A stretch of DNA of 63,356 bases, the filler included, from Stramenopiles sp. TOSAG23-2 (lineage: Eukaryota), in NCBI GenBank assembly GCA_900128395.1. It is 7 parts of 7 records of this genome, joined end to end, with 100 filler letters (N's around TTAATTAATTAA, not from the genome) between each part and the next. Parts side by side here need not be neighbours in the genome. Positions count along the whole stretch, not along the records: positions 1 to 8,978 come from LT650135.1; positions 9,079 to 18,046 come from LT650136.1; 5 more parts are not named here. One strand, 5' to 3'. This document shows, one piece after another, positions 1-12,100 of the stretch (position 1 is the first letter of the stretch; the number at the start of each line of letters is the position of its first letter). The translations under genes and the position numbers were made by a program. The notes beneath the pieces are model-generated. The model searched no databases. It saw only the letters and a program-made list of their open reading frames with translations, and had not been told where the DNA came from.

Positions 1-764
1 ATTTTTGTTAAATTTATAAGATATATATTTCATTATAATATGTGTTATTTTAATACGTGTTTCACCTTGGACGCACTTTTGCATATCGACTGTCAGTAAA
101 TAAATATCCGATTTTATATTCATATTAAGTTTATATACTAATAGTATAAATATATAGGAATTAAAATCCAAAAAAAAATAACAAAATATGATAAACAAAA
201 TGCATTATATGCATAATTCATAAAAATTATAGAGGTTACAGGGAATAGGGATACTAATGATATTTATATGGTTATAACAGCCGGCCCCCCGGCACTTATC
301 GATATCCCGTGAAGGGATATGAGCCGTAATCGGAGAGGTGAAATCTACATACTGTAGGGAAATATCCAATAAGAAATGTTACAAACAAAAATTGAGATGA
401 CATCCATGCTATTATTATATTTTAATACCTAATATATTACCATTATTACCATTTTGCGATGTCTTGTTTTGTATATATCCGAACAATTTTCAATATGCTA
501 TTTTCCTACATTTTATTCTTCTTCTTCTTCTAAAAATATAGACGTTAGAAAAATCAAATACAAAAATAATTAAAAAATAAAATAGGATACAAGAGTGCAT
601 AAACACGAGGAATATAATTGATATATCATACATACGTATATTTATATATATATATAAAACTATACGGTGTGTATAATATATACAAAGTGTAGTAGTAATA
701 AAGAGAAGGAGAAAAGCAAGAAGAGCAGAGTGAGGGAGAAAGAAGAAAAAAAGAAAAAAAAAGT

Positions 765-3700
765 ATGTTTCGTAGATCACCGAAAAAATCACCAAAAAAA
801 GAATATGATGCGTTGAACCAAAAATATATACAACAGACAAATGATTATGATAAATTGAAGAAACAATTTGAATCATTGAATGAGAAATATGCTTTAATGG
901 AACAAGAGAAAGTAAATAGTCATAAGGAAGTGAAAATGGTAGAGCGTAGAGAAAGTGAGATGAGACGAAAAATGAAAGATGAAGCAGAAGCAATTCAAGC
1001 AACTTCACAACGACGTGAAAGTGAAATTAAACGTTTAACGGAGGAACTACAACGTTTTCAAGAAAAAGAAAGTAAAATAGATAATATTCAAGTATTAACA
1101 GAACAATATGAAGCAGAATTTAAAGCATTGAAAAATGAATTAGAAGAAAATAGAAAAATGCTAGAAGAATCTGAACAAAAGCATCAAATAGAAGTAGATG
1201 AAATCAAAACCAAGTATTTAAACACCATTTCACAAAATGATAGCTTACGAGAACAAATTAATCATTTTCATGCAAATGAATCAGATAACATTGTAGTACA
1301 ATTAACGAATCAAGTGAATGATTATGAGGCTAAATTAATGGAACAAGTTGAGAAAAATTACAATATAGCTCAACGTGTCGAAGAAGAAAAAATCAAACGA
1401 ACCGAAGTAGAACATACACTCAAGCGTACGAGAGAACAAATGAAAATGGCAACACAACGTGCTGTTGACGTCTCTAGATTATTAGATAACGAGAAAAAAA
1501 ATGGACGTAAGCTTGAAATTGAAATAGAGCGATCAAAAGAAAATCGATACGTATATCGACGTCCTGGAACTAGTGGTAGAGACGACGAAGATAATTATGA
1601 CGATGATCATGATCAATTAATAGATGATGATAATGATAATTATAATATGGATCAATTTGAAAATGATAATGAGGAGGAGGAAGAAGAAGAAGAAGAAGAT
1701 GAACGTAGTGAAAATGATCGAAATGTTGTTAGCAGGAAAAAAAGCAAAAAGAAAGGGAAAAAGAAATTCTCCTCCAGTAATAAAAAAAGAAGCCATGGAA
1801 GGTCAAAATCTGCGTCTAATTTAAAAGGCAGAGAGAAAAATAATTATAATCCAGTGGAAAAAACATTAAGAAATAAAATTAAAAAAACACAAAGTAAAAA
1901 TGTCGTCATGTTTCGACGTTTAGCAGATGCAAAACGAGCAAAAGAAGCTGCAGAATCGCGTGATCGTGCAAAATCAGAACAATTAAATGCATTATCGAAT
2001 CATTTAGAAAAAATGATGTCATTGTTAAGAGCAGAAGCGGCAGCAAAAGCAAGTGCACAGGAAGCTGTACGAGATATTGAAGATCAACTTGCACAAGAAA
2101 AACTGAAACTAGTGAAAATATTAGAAGAACATGCAGAGGAGGAAAAAGCTAGAAAAGATGAAGCACGTAGAGAAAGTATGTTAGCAAAGCAATTGGAATT
2201 GATGGATGAAAAATTCAATGGTTTAATGCGCACGCATAATTTTTTACGTTCTAAAACGGAAAAGGAAAGTAAAAAATTACAATCCGCATTGCATGAAGTT
2301 GGTGATAAATTATATCATCAAACAAAACGAAACGATGTCATGAATGCGGCAAAGCGTAATGTTTATAATAATTTATTACGAATTATAACTAGTGCACATT
2401 TATTTGATAAATTACCATTCCCATCAGAAATGGCTGATAAAAATACCGGTCAACTAAAAGACAACAGTCCAAGGCATATTGTATTAGATTTACAAGATTG
2501 TCTTTTAGAAAATGAAGGTGCCATAGCGTTTGTAAATGCATTTAATAAATATACCATCAATCAAGCAAAAAAAGTAGTTGAAAAAACACAATTATTGAAA
2601 GATCACTCAAGGTCACTTGGAAGTGGTAAAGGAATGGACTTTACACGCCCATTGAATAAAGTTATTAATGTATTGCCAATAACAAAATCATCTGTGAAGT
2701 TTTCAATTAATTTATCATACAATGGGATAACAGATAGTAATAATGCTGCAGTTGTTAGGCAAATATGTAGAAGCATTGTCGCTTCTAATTCAATTGTAGA
2801 AATTGATCTTAAAGGAAATCATATTGGTCGTACAGGTTTACGGATGATATTAGATGCGTTGCAATACAATCCAACAATCAAAGCAGTCGATTTAAGTGGA
2901 AATAACGTAACAGATGCACATTTGACAGAATATTTAAATGATAATGGCAGACAAGCAGATAAAATGCCAGTGTTGACCATGGAAGAATCAAATGAAGCAT
3001 TACAATTAAGAAATGCATTATCTAGAGAGAGTCCTAGTAGCAACTATGGTAATAATAATAATGATAATCACCATACAACAACTTCGTTTGGGAATACTTA
3101 TAATGGTTCTAGAAATCCATATGATATCAAAAAAAGACCATCAAGTGCACCTCCAGGAAAAGGACGAGAAGTACAAATGCCATTTAGAAAAACATTAAAT
3201 AAAACAACGAAACAACAAAATGAAAATAGCAATAATAATAATAACAAACCTGCCGCACAAAAAATATATGGATTGCAATTTCAACCAAAAATGTCAGCTG
3301 TTTCAGCTGTGCAGCGTGTAATAACTGATAGTGTAACAAAAGTAGTTGCAAAAAATCCATTTAGAAAACCTGAAACAGCAGATGATGAATTAATTGAATT
3401 GTCAGAAATTCCAGAAGTTGGTAATAATAAAAAGAAAAAAAGTACCAGTTTTAAAAAGAGTCATTCAACGAAAAAGATTCGACCTAAAACTGCTGGTGGA
3501 ATACAAAAAAGTGCAACGACGAAAAATTTACGTAGTCGTATGCGTTTGCCACCAAAACGACCTATTTCTGCAGATACAAAACGTCGCATGGGTTTAAAAC
3601 CTGGTGAAAAAGAACGTAAAGAAGCATTGAGAAGGAAAAAGAAACAAGAAGCTGAAGAAAAGAGAAAAAGAGAGGAAATGCCTGAAGTTACTGAAGTTGA

Positions 3701-4343
3701 AGATGGTAGTAAACCAAAATATGGTGGAGAATATGCAAAAGAAATTTTCTGGCCTGGTTTTGCTCGTGCGCGAGCTGGACGTTATAATAGTATGATGGAA
3801 ATGTTAAAACTTGGAATGCCGATTGATTCCCGTGAACCAGGAAGTGGCGATAGTATGTTGATGTGTGCTGTTTTGTCTGGCAATGTCATGGTAGTGAAGA
3901 CATTATTACGACGAGGAGCCAAGGTAAATGCTAGAAACAATAAAGGATGGACGGCATTGCATTGTGCAGTTGGTGCTGATAATCCTCAAGCTGAAATGAC
4001 AAACGTATTAATGGATGGTGGTATTCAAATTGAAGCTAGAGATGCAGCAGGGGTCACTGCATTGCAATTAGCAGTAGAACAAGCATCCGATGATATTATC
4101 TGCCGTTTAGTTGAAGCTGGTGCAAATATGAAAACACAAGATTCATATGGGCGTTCTGTAATGCATCGCGTAGCAGCAGTTGGTGATAAAGAAACGACTG
4201 AATTGATATTAAACCTCGGTGCAAAGAAAATGATTAATGTACCTGATGTAGATGGTAGATGCCCAGCTAGTTATGCGGAACGACATGATCAGTTTGAATT
4301 TTTGACATATTTACAAACTATGGGTGCTATTATGGAGTGTTAA
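765..4343 (+). CDS. Coiled-coil + leucine-rich repeat + C-terminal ankyrin-repeat protein (1192 aa)
   Basis: Long E/K/Q-rich coiled coils; RI-like LRRs (LDLQDCLL, INLSYNGI, IDLKGNHIG, VDLSGNNV); ankyrin repeats (GWTALHCAV, GVTALQLAV, GRSVMHRVA, GRCPASYA). Confidence 0.85.
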   Translation: MFRRSPKKSPKKEYDALNQKYIQQTNDYDKLKKQFESLNEKYALMEQEKVNSHKEVKMVERRESEMRRKMKDEAEAIQATSQRRESEIKRLTEELQRFQEKESKIDNIQVLTEQYEAEFKALKNELEENRKMLEESEQKHQIEVDEIKTKYLNTISQNDSLREQINHFHANESDNIVVQLTNQVNDYEAKLMEQVEKNYNIAQRVEEEKIKRTEVEHTLKRTREQMKMATQRAVDVSRLLDNEKKNGRKLEIEIERSKENRYVYRRPGTSGRDDEDNYDDDHDQLIDDDNDNYNMDQFENDNEEEEEEEEEDERSENDRNVVSRKKSKKKGKKKFSSSNKKRSHGRSKSASNLKGREKNNYNPVEKTLRNKIKKTQSKNVVMFRRLADAKRAKEAAESRDRAKSEQLNALSNHLEKMMSLLRAEAAAKASAQEAVRDIEDQLAQEKLKLVKILEEHAEEEKARKDEARRESMLAKQLELMDEKFNGLMRTHNFLRSKTEKESKKLQSALHEVGDKLYHQTKRNDVMNAAKRNVYNNLLRIITSAHLFDKLPFPSEMADKNTGQLKDNSPRHIVLDLQDCLLENEGAIAFVNAFNKYTINQAKKVVEKTQLLKDHSRSLGSGKGMDFTRPLNKVINVLPITKSSVKFSINLSYNGITDSNNAAVVRQICRSIVASNSIVEIDLKGNHIGRTGLRMILDALQYNPTIKAVDLSGNNVTDAHLTEYLNDNGRQADKMPVLTMEESNEALQLRNALSRESPSSNYGNNNNDNHHTTTSFGNTYNGSRNPYDIKKRPSSAPPGKGREVQMPFRKTLNKTTKQQNENSNNNNNKPAAQKIYGLQFQPKMSAVSAVQRVITDSVTKVVAKNPFRKPETADDELIELSEIPEVGNNKKKKSTSFKKSHSTKKIRPKTAGGIQKSATTKNLRSRMRLPPKRPISADTKRRMGLKPGEKERKEALRRKKKQEAEEKRKREEMPEVTEVEDGSKPKYGGEYAKEIFWPGFARARAGRYNSMMEMLKLGMPIDSREPGSGDSMLMCAVLSGNVMVVKTLLRRGAKVNARNNKGWTALHCAVGADNPQAEMTNVLMDGGIQIEARDAAGVTALQLAVEQASDDIICRLVEAGANMKTQDSYGRSVMHRVAAVGDKETTELILNLGAKKMINVPDVDGRCPASYAERHDQFEFLTYLQTMGAIMEC

Positions 4344-4555
4344 AAAAAATAAAATATTATAAAAAAAATATACGAAGGTTCGTAAATGTAAAATAATATC
4401 ATATCATATCATAGTTTAGAGTTGCTATCATATACGCGCGAAATTAACTTATTTTATACACAAACTCTTTTTTATTAATATATTATATATAAAGAGATGT
4501 TCGTGATTCGTGTGATAAAAAAACCTAACCACCCACGTTCTCCTTTCTTTTTATT

Positions 4556-6221
4556 TCACATTATGGTCTGAAGTAAAGCAATTGCATCTTTAACAATTTC
4601 AGAATCTTTCCCATGTGTTACTGATAATGCATCCTTTCCCATTTGCAAATATTTCATTGCATTTTCGTTATCACCAATGGATTGAAACAATGAACCTAAC
4701 GACAAACATTTCAAACCAATCATTGGATGGTTATATCGATATATACAATTATAAACATCAATTGCTCTTAATAAACATTGAATTCCAATTTCATATTGTC
4801 CACATAATAATGCAGTTGCAAGAATATTATTCGTTACTGATAAATTATCTAGATGTAACGGGTGTCTGTATGGAGCGTAGCGTATGAATATATGATGTGT
4901 TAGAGAGGACGATATAGATTGTTTCGGTTTATGGGGGAGTAGAAAATTTTACTTACAACCATTTCGATCGTGTATTTTTACATTGAAGTAATAATTTCAA
5001 TTCTCGGTCTGCCTCTTCCTCCAAACCTGCTTCTTCAAATAATTTATTTGCTAACTTTAATTCTATATCACGTCGCATATTTTTATTTTCTTTTAATGTA
5101 ATATCTTTTGACATAATATCCCCATTAAGACATTTTTCTAAATCCACAGGAGTTGACTGCGCTTGTAATGCAAATAAATTCAATTGTTCATCCGTAATTT
5201 GATTATTCGTACTTGCTTTGATTGCTAATATCAATTCATGTATCAATCCATTTGGCATTCTTACTAATAATGTTGTTTTATCATCCGCACAACGAGGGCA
5301 TTGACATATAAAATTATAATCTTTTTTTAATTTACTAATACGATTTGCTTTTGTACATGCAGTATCAAGATATGGATGGCATAATTCCTCACCTTTTTTT
5401 ATATTTTTAACTGTTCGTATTTCTTGAATAATATTATCATTATTGTTATCACCACCTTCCATGATACGATATGTAACAACACAATTTGGATCGCATGAAT
5501 GATTTAATAATGCGCCAAGTGGAACACAAGCAGCAGCTACTGAGACCATTAATTTATTTGTAATAGAAAAATTATTGCATCCAAAACGTTTTAATATATT
5601 TTGTAATTCATCCTCTGATGATGATACTATTTGGTCGTTTCCATCTTTAAATATTTCAATTAAAGTTTTAACTATTTGAACATGTTCATCACGATGATCA
5701 TTCTTTTCATATACCATATTTTGAAGATCATTAAATGAATTTCGATACAATAACGACGACTTTTTATCTTCCTGGAATGATGATGTCAATTGTTGTTTGG
5801 AATTATTGGACATGAATTGTTCAGTAGAGGTTCGTAAACATCTACTTAATAGTAACAAATCAGATATGCATGACATATCTTTTAAAAAAGTTGCAACTAA
5901 TTTTTTCAGATGAGGTTTTTCATATTGAAAATGATAATCTTTCTTTACACATTTTTTATTGCAAAAGGATACATGCATTTTCTCTTTTCTTCCATTATAA
6001 CCAACATCATATGTAACAACGTCATTTGGATTTCTTTTAGATAGTTGTTTTAAACAATAATAACATTTCGTCGTCCAATACATAGGATGTAATATATAAT
6101 TATCAACAATTGCTTGGCTAATTAAAGATCCTTTTTGTATATCTTCATTAGCTTCCACACATCTTCCACGGTTATCTCGTTTCACCACAATGCATTTTCT
6201 TTCTTTTAAATAGTCTTCCAT
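4556..6221 (-). CDS. SMYD-family (SET + MYND-like + TPR-like C-terminal) lysine methyltransferase, 2 exons (6221-4957, 4865-4556)
   Basis: RGR..A SET start, CYYC...C..KC MYND-like insert, LNHSCDPNC, GEELCHPY, post-SET FICQCPRC. The ORF-track stop at 4953 lies in a GTAAGT donor; splicing gives ...KWLHPLHLDN...YNHPMIG...VTHGKDS...TIM*, the typical SMYD C-terminal domain. Confidence 0.9.
4866..4956 (-). other. Spliceosomal intron (91 nt) in the SMYD gene
   Basis: GTAAGT donor, CTAAC branch-like motif, TACAG acceptor; removal restores the frame. Confidence 0.85.
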
Positions 6222-6644
6222 CGCCGTTAACGTTTGTTCTTCTTCTTTGTTGGTTCTTATCTTTCTCTTGTTATGTAATATCTATAATGTTGTTTTTATT
6301 TTCCTTGAACCGCAGGTATTCTTATTATTAATAATTGGACCCGACTACTTTTACCAGGTTAGGTGGTTAATAATTCATTCTTCATAATATTATCAATTAT
6401 ATTAAAACAATATATATCCTAGTATAGAAGTAAAATAAGATCAACAATGTAAATGCAATATATAATATAGATATAAACGTAGAAAAAGAGAGAGAGAGAG
6501 AGTAATGTACTATATTTGTTCCGTCTCATTGTACAAATAACATAGTAGTATTTTACATAATATATTGTGGTACATATATATAATATATTACCATTTAATT
6601 ATTATTCTCATTATTAGTAATAGTATATTATATTGCACACATAA

Positions 6645-8447
6645 ATGAGTTCCAATACAGTGTCAGAAATTATTAAAGGAGAGTTGGAATTATTAGAAAA
6701 AATTGATGGGTTAATATTTACTCCAATCATTGTCAATTGGTTATCTGTGTTTGTTGTTGTCGAGGAAAATGCTTTATACGTTTATCCAAGCGATACGTCT
6801 TTAAGTCCAATACATGTTATTCGTGTTGAATCCATGCATGTAGAAAATATGAATAATACTGAATCTGGTCGAGATTTTTGCTTTTTAATATCTAATGCAT
6901 TTACTGTATATATGTTTTCAGCAAAAAATAAAGCGTTGCAAAAATTATGGGTTGAAAAATTATTTCAATTACGTATTATAAGACTAAATGTTTTAATGAT
7001 GGAATCACAAAAGTTATTACAAACACAAGAAAGTGTAATAGTGAAATTAAATGGATATGTTTATTATCATGAAAATTCCAGAAAATCGAAATGGGGTAGA
7101 AGATGGCTAGAGCTAAATGGTCTTAATTTATGCGTATATGAAGATACAGATACAGGTAGGCAAATAGAAAGAAAAATGAATTTAACATGTGCTATTGTAT
7201 CCATGTCGTCGATTGATTCTAAAATTAATCTGTCCAAATCACCGAAAAAAATTAGAGACAAAGATAAATGGCCAACAGAACATTTCATGCATGTAAAAGC
7301 TAGTGATTCATTATCAGGTTCAGCTTCATCATCAAATGATGTTGTTGATATATATATATGTGCATTTACAAAGGAGGAAAAAAAAAATTGGGAAACTGCA
7401 TTTCGGGTTGTTGGTAGAGGTGGAATGGCACCATTGGCAGGTTGTAATATTGTTGCAAATATTATTCGGTCAAAAGTAGTAGAAGAGGATGGGAAAATAG
7501 ATAGACATGTTGTATATGAAATAACTATAACTACAAATGCTTTACAGAAAAATGATGAGACAAAAGATCAACGAAGAACAGATAGTACATCGTCTATTCA
7601 TAAAGAAGATAATAATAATAATAACGAAAGTAGTAATGATGAGGATATTAATGTAGATGATAATGATGTTGGCGATGATTCATCATCGGTATTATTCAAT
7701 AATACAGAAGATATTGATATTGCATCATTTAATAATGTACCACCAGCAACTTGGACAATTTATCGTCGTTACAGTCATTTTTTAAAATTACATGAAATGT
7801 TATCTGCTAACTTTGCTGTATTTAACAGAGCTGATATTCCAAGTTTCCCTAAAAAAACATATCATAAACGTCGATCTTTTGTTGATTCACATATTGATGA
7901 TCGTTTAGATGGTTTAAATATTTATTTAAATGCTATTTTAGGGTTTACAAGTATTCGTGAAAATGGCATTTTACATAGATTTTTATTAGATTCCAACGAT
8001 GCTATTTCAACATTTTTAACATGTCGATTAGATCCACATTGGCAATTAAAAGATGATAAAACTCATGTAGTTGATCAAGTAAAAAATAAAATGGAAAGAG
8101 ATATAAAACGAGTAAGAGCAGCAAGTGTATATCGTAATGTTGAAGCTGATGATATGGTAGAATTAAAAAATAATGATGAACATCGAAAACATACACGCGT
8201 ATATAGCAAAGGTATTTCGGATGGTACATTGACAAATGAAATACTACTTGGTGGCGCATCACCACCATCATCCCCATCATTATCACCAGCATCATTGAAG
8301 AATCATGACAAGAACAATAATCATCATACATCTTCTACCGTTACAACAACAAGTAATTCAACAACAAAGAAGAAGAAGAAGGTTGTAAATAGAAATAAAG
8401 CAGATGTGAATGATAATGGTGATGATGGCAGCTGTATTTTGTCTTGA
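6645..8447 (+). CDS. PH-PH-PX domain protein with C-terminal CaaX motif
   Basis: Two PH-like domains ending ..QKLWVEKL and ..KKNWETAF; PX motifs (VVYEITI, IYRRYSHFLKLH, PSFPKK, RLDGLNIYL); polybasic KKKKK upstream of terminal CILS. Confidence 0.8.
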   Translation: MSSNTVSEIIKGELELLEKIDGLIFTPIIVNWLSVFVVVEENALYVYPSDTSLSPIHVIRVESMHVENMNNTESGRDFCFLISNAFTVYMFSAKNKALQKLWVEKLFQLRIIRLNVLMMESQKLLQTQESVIVKLNGYVYYHENSRKSKWGRRWLELNGLNLCVYEDTDTGRQIERKMNLTCAIVSMSSIDSKINLSKSPKKIRDKDKWPTEHFMHVKASDSLSGSASSSNDVVDIYICAFTKEEKKNWETAFRVVGRGGMAPLAGCNIVANIIRSKVVEEDGKIDRHVVYEITITTNALQKNDETKDQRRTDSTSSIHKEDNNNNNESSNDEDINVDDNDVGDDSSSVLFNNTEDIDIASFNNVPPATWTIYRRYSHFLKLHEMLSANFAVFNRADIPSFPKKTYHKRRSFVDSHIDDRLDGLNIYLNAILGFTSIRENGILHRFLLDSNDAISTFLTCRLDPHWQLKDDKTHVVDQVKNKMERDIKRVRAASVYRNVEADDMVELKNNDEHRKHTRVYSKGISDGTLTNEILLGGASPPSSPSLSPASLKNHDKNNNHHTSSTVTTTSNSTTKKKKKVVNRNKADVNDNGDDGSCILS

Positions 8448-8904
8448 GAGAGGGAGAGAGATAATTTTTTTTATTAGGTACACGGCTATATATATACAGT
8501 ATGTATTTTACGAGAGACGGGACAATAGATGAAAAAATTATTTTAGAAAAATGTAAAAAATGAACCTGCTATATGCATATGATGTACTACACAGGTTTTA
8601 TTCCTATACTCTTCAATAATAATAAGCACATAACAAATACTACAGTACTATTTATTTATACTGTACCTGCTATTTTACCATCTTTTTTCTGCATGCACTA
8701 TTATAATGGTGTGTCTACTCGATTCCCTTCGTTCTTCCCTGCTATTATATATACGCAGCCCATCATAAATACAGTAATGAGCGTATGGACGACTGGAAAA
8801 AAAAAACATTTTCATTTCTAAGGCACACACCATATAAGTGCTTTCTGCCTACATGCACTTCAATCTTCAATACTATTTTGATGGTAAAGGATTTAAATCG
8901 TTTA

Positions 8905-8978
8905 TAACCCGATATAATTTTTACTGTGCCGGCCAGTCACCGATTTTCGGTACAAATTGTTTATTATACTTAAACAAT
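8905..8978 (+). repeat. Contig-terminal repeat, copy 1 (near-identical to 17972-18046)
   Basis: taacccgata..ctgtgccggccagtYaccgattttcggtacaaattgtttattatacttaaaca ends both contig 1 and contig 2. Confidence 0.9.
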
Positions 8979-9078
8979 NNNNNNNNNNNNNNNNNNNNNN
9001 NNNNNNNNNNNNNNNNNNNNNNTTAATTAATTAANNNNNNNNNNNNNNNNNNNNNNNNNNNNNNNNNNNNNNNNNNNN
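8979..9078. other. Artificial contig linker
   Basis: 44 N + TTAATTAATTAA (stops in all six frames) + 44 N. Confidence 0.98.
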
Positions 9079-9105
9079 CTTAAAAGAAAGCAAATCAAGA
9101 AAAAG

Positions 9106-12100
9106 ATGTTGGTGAAAAAATCACCTATTAAACGAAATATTGCAAGTATGGAGAAAGGGGTCGAAGTAAATCCTGTAATAGAATCCGATATTACAAAGGA
9201 CAGCATTGATGCACTTAATCAATACCACATTATTTTTACACCATCCATATATCATAAATTCTTTATCGCTGTTATTATTTTCGCTTGTGTTTCAAATGTT
9301 AATTATTGGTTTTCCGCTGGTGAAGATGTTATTGATAGACAGGTAAACACTTTGGTATTTGATTTAAGTGTAGAATTGCAATTAAAATTAGAAGCATTTT
9401 TAAAAGTGCCAATGGGATTTGTTAAAATGATGTCATTGTTTTATCATTTAGAAATGTTACCCAGTGGTTTGTTCAATGCAGGGCGTGATAGAAACCGTGC
9501 GGATGCTAGCAACGTTGGTATGTTGAGGGCATATCCACCAGATCAGAGGCCATTTTTTTGTTATATTGGGACAGAGGAAGGTAGTTTTTTGGGAGCTAAA
9601 ATCGATCCAAAATATAAACCATTGGGAGTCTTAGTATCTGCAAAAGATAATAGTACAGGTAAAGATTTATGCACAGGTGATCCGTATACGGTATCATACT
9701 TTTTAAAAACAATAGGAAACCATTATCATATCAGAGATTCTACGTCCATTGTACCAAAGGCAAATGGCGATCTGAGTATTTATTCTGGCTACAATCCAAA
9801 GCAACGACCTTGGTATCGTAGTGGAATCAAAATGCCATATATACCTAGTTGGAGTCCTGTATATGAATTTAGTAGCGTTTATCCACCGACTATTGGTATT
9901 ACAGCTGTAATTGGATTTAATCATTCGAGGAGAAAAAATGATTTTTTTGGAGTTGCAGCGGTGGATTATACATTAAAACAATTAAATGAATTGTTGGAAA
10001 ATACTATGGAACACATTTCCGAATTGCTACGGGATGGCATTGGAACAGCTTACATTGTCGAAAACACTGGTAATATTATAGCGTTATCAAGCGGTGTTCC
10101 AATTATAAGGCAGTATAGTGAAAATGGGAATTTTAATCGTATACATGCAGCTGCATTATGTGCTAGACGCGATCAATTTCCAGATGAATGTGACCCTGCA
10201 ATCAGCGCATCATTTATGGAATTAGAAAATCGGTTGGAGGAAGGATTTTTTACGAATAATCTTTTGGAGAAGAATTATCCGGATGGCTTGGAAATGGAGA
10301 TCGGGCGTGGCAACGAGCTCGGTGTTATGATGGTACGCTTATCCGTTTTAAAAAGTGAGGAGGGATTAAACTGGGTATTAATCAGTGGGTTTGGAAAACG
10401 GAGTTTCTTAGCAAAGTTTGGCCGTTATAAAGATTTATATTTAATTTCAAGTTTAGGCATAAGTTGTTTTGCTGTATTAGTTGGATTTTTATTTTCACAT
10501 GGGAAATTGAAGCGTCTATATGGGAAGAAAAAAAGCATAGAGCAAAGAAAAAAAGATGAACTTGATAAGAAATTAGTGGATGATGAAGTAGATTTTCGTC
10601 AACGAATACGTACTCAAACAGATATAGATAGTGAAGATTTCTTCCATGAATTTCGTCGATTACTTGCACCTACTGTATTGTCAGCAAATTTAGTATGCCG
10701 TTTCAATGGAAATGAAGCAAAACCTCCGAAAATTTATCAAACATTTCGACGATTATTGTTGGATAAAAAAGAAAAGGGAAGTAGTATTTTCAAACAGCTT
10801 GATAGAAATGGCGATGGTAACATATCATATGATGAGTTTTTAATAGGTTTAAGTTCGTTAGGTTACCAGACAACAGAGGCTGAAGCAGAATTGCTTTTTG
10901 CTGCGCTAGATAAAAACAGGTCTGGTTCTATCAGCTATCAAGAAATAATTGAAGATGAAAATATCATTTTAGTAGAATCAGAAGCAACGTTGGCAGAGAA
11001 ACATAGAGCATTGGAATATCTCCTCCTTTCTGAAAACACTGAATGTAACATAATTGACTTTTTGCATTTACAACGAAACAATGATGTTCCGAGGATACTT
11101 GCGTATAAATGGTTTTACTCTACGCAATATTTTATTTTTGTGACTTGCAGCGTTATATTAAATTTATCATTGTCATTTTTAGAAGCTCCAGCGAGTAGTC
11201 AGAATTACTTTACGAAAAATAAAGACGAAGATGGGCGTATTTTAGCATTGAAATTGGTAACAATTTTATCCATATTATTATATTTGTTTGATTTAATTCT
11301 AGAAATATGGCTTTTTGGTATATATGAGCCCGATCGATCGTTAAAAGAATCTAGGAAAGTTAAAACATCTCATCGAAGAGGTAAATTTGATGACATTAAT
11401 AAAAGAAATATAACTCATCAACATACCATGTTAAATAAGATAATTGTTGGAAAAATCATTTTGATGTTGTTTTTTATAATTGATACGATTGCACCAGTAT
11501 ATTACACTGGTAGAGGTGTTTTAAGTCCAATTGACAATGAAGATACTCAATTGTTGTTTCTATTACCTTACACGGCTTTATTAAGAGCTTTTTGGCCAAT
11601 GTTACGCTTTGGTGGAATACGAACAACGCTGATCATTTTCACCAAGACTATCTATGGCGCACGGGCAGTTTTTTTCACGTTTTTTATAACATTAATGGTC
11701 TTTTCGATGATTGGTACTACCTTGTTAAGCAACAGATTTTCTTACGATACATTTGATAGTTTTCAATCCGTTTACCGATCATTTAGTACTTTATTCATAT
11801 ATATGATTACAGCAGAAAATTATCCTGATGTCGTGTATCCGCCAACTGTTTGCCATAATGAATCAATTGCTAATTCCCGTGAAGGTGGGGTCATATCAGC
11901 AGAGTGTAACGATTCTTTCATACATATTTACACTATTTTAGCAAGTTTATCTGGTACATTTTTAATCGTATCTTTGATTATAGCGGCGTTCGAGGAAGGA
12001 TTTATTAGCCATATGGAAAAAAATAGAGTTGATGAGACAATTAGATCGCGAATGGCAATCATTGCAGCATTTATTATTTTAGACAAGGACAATGGCGGTT

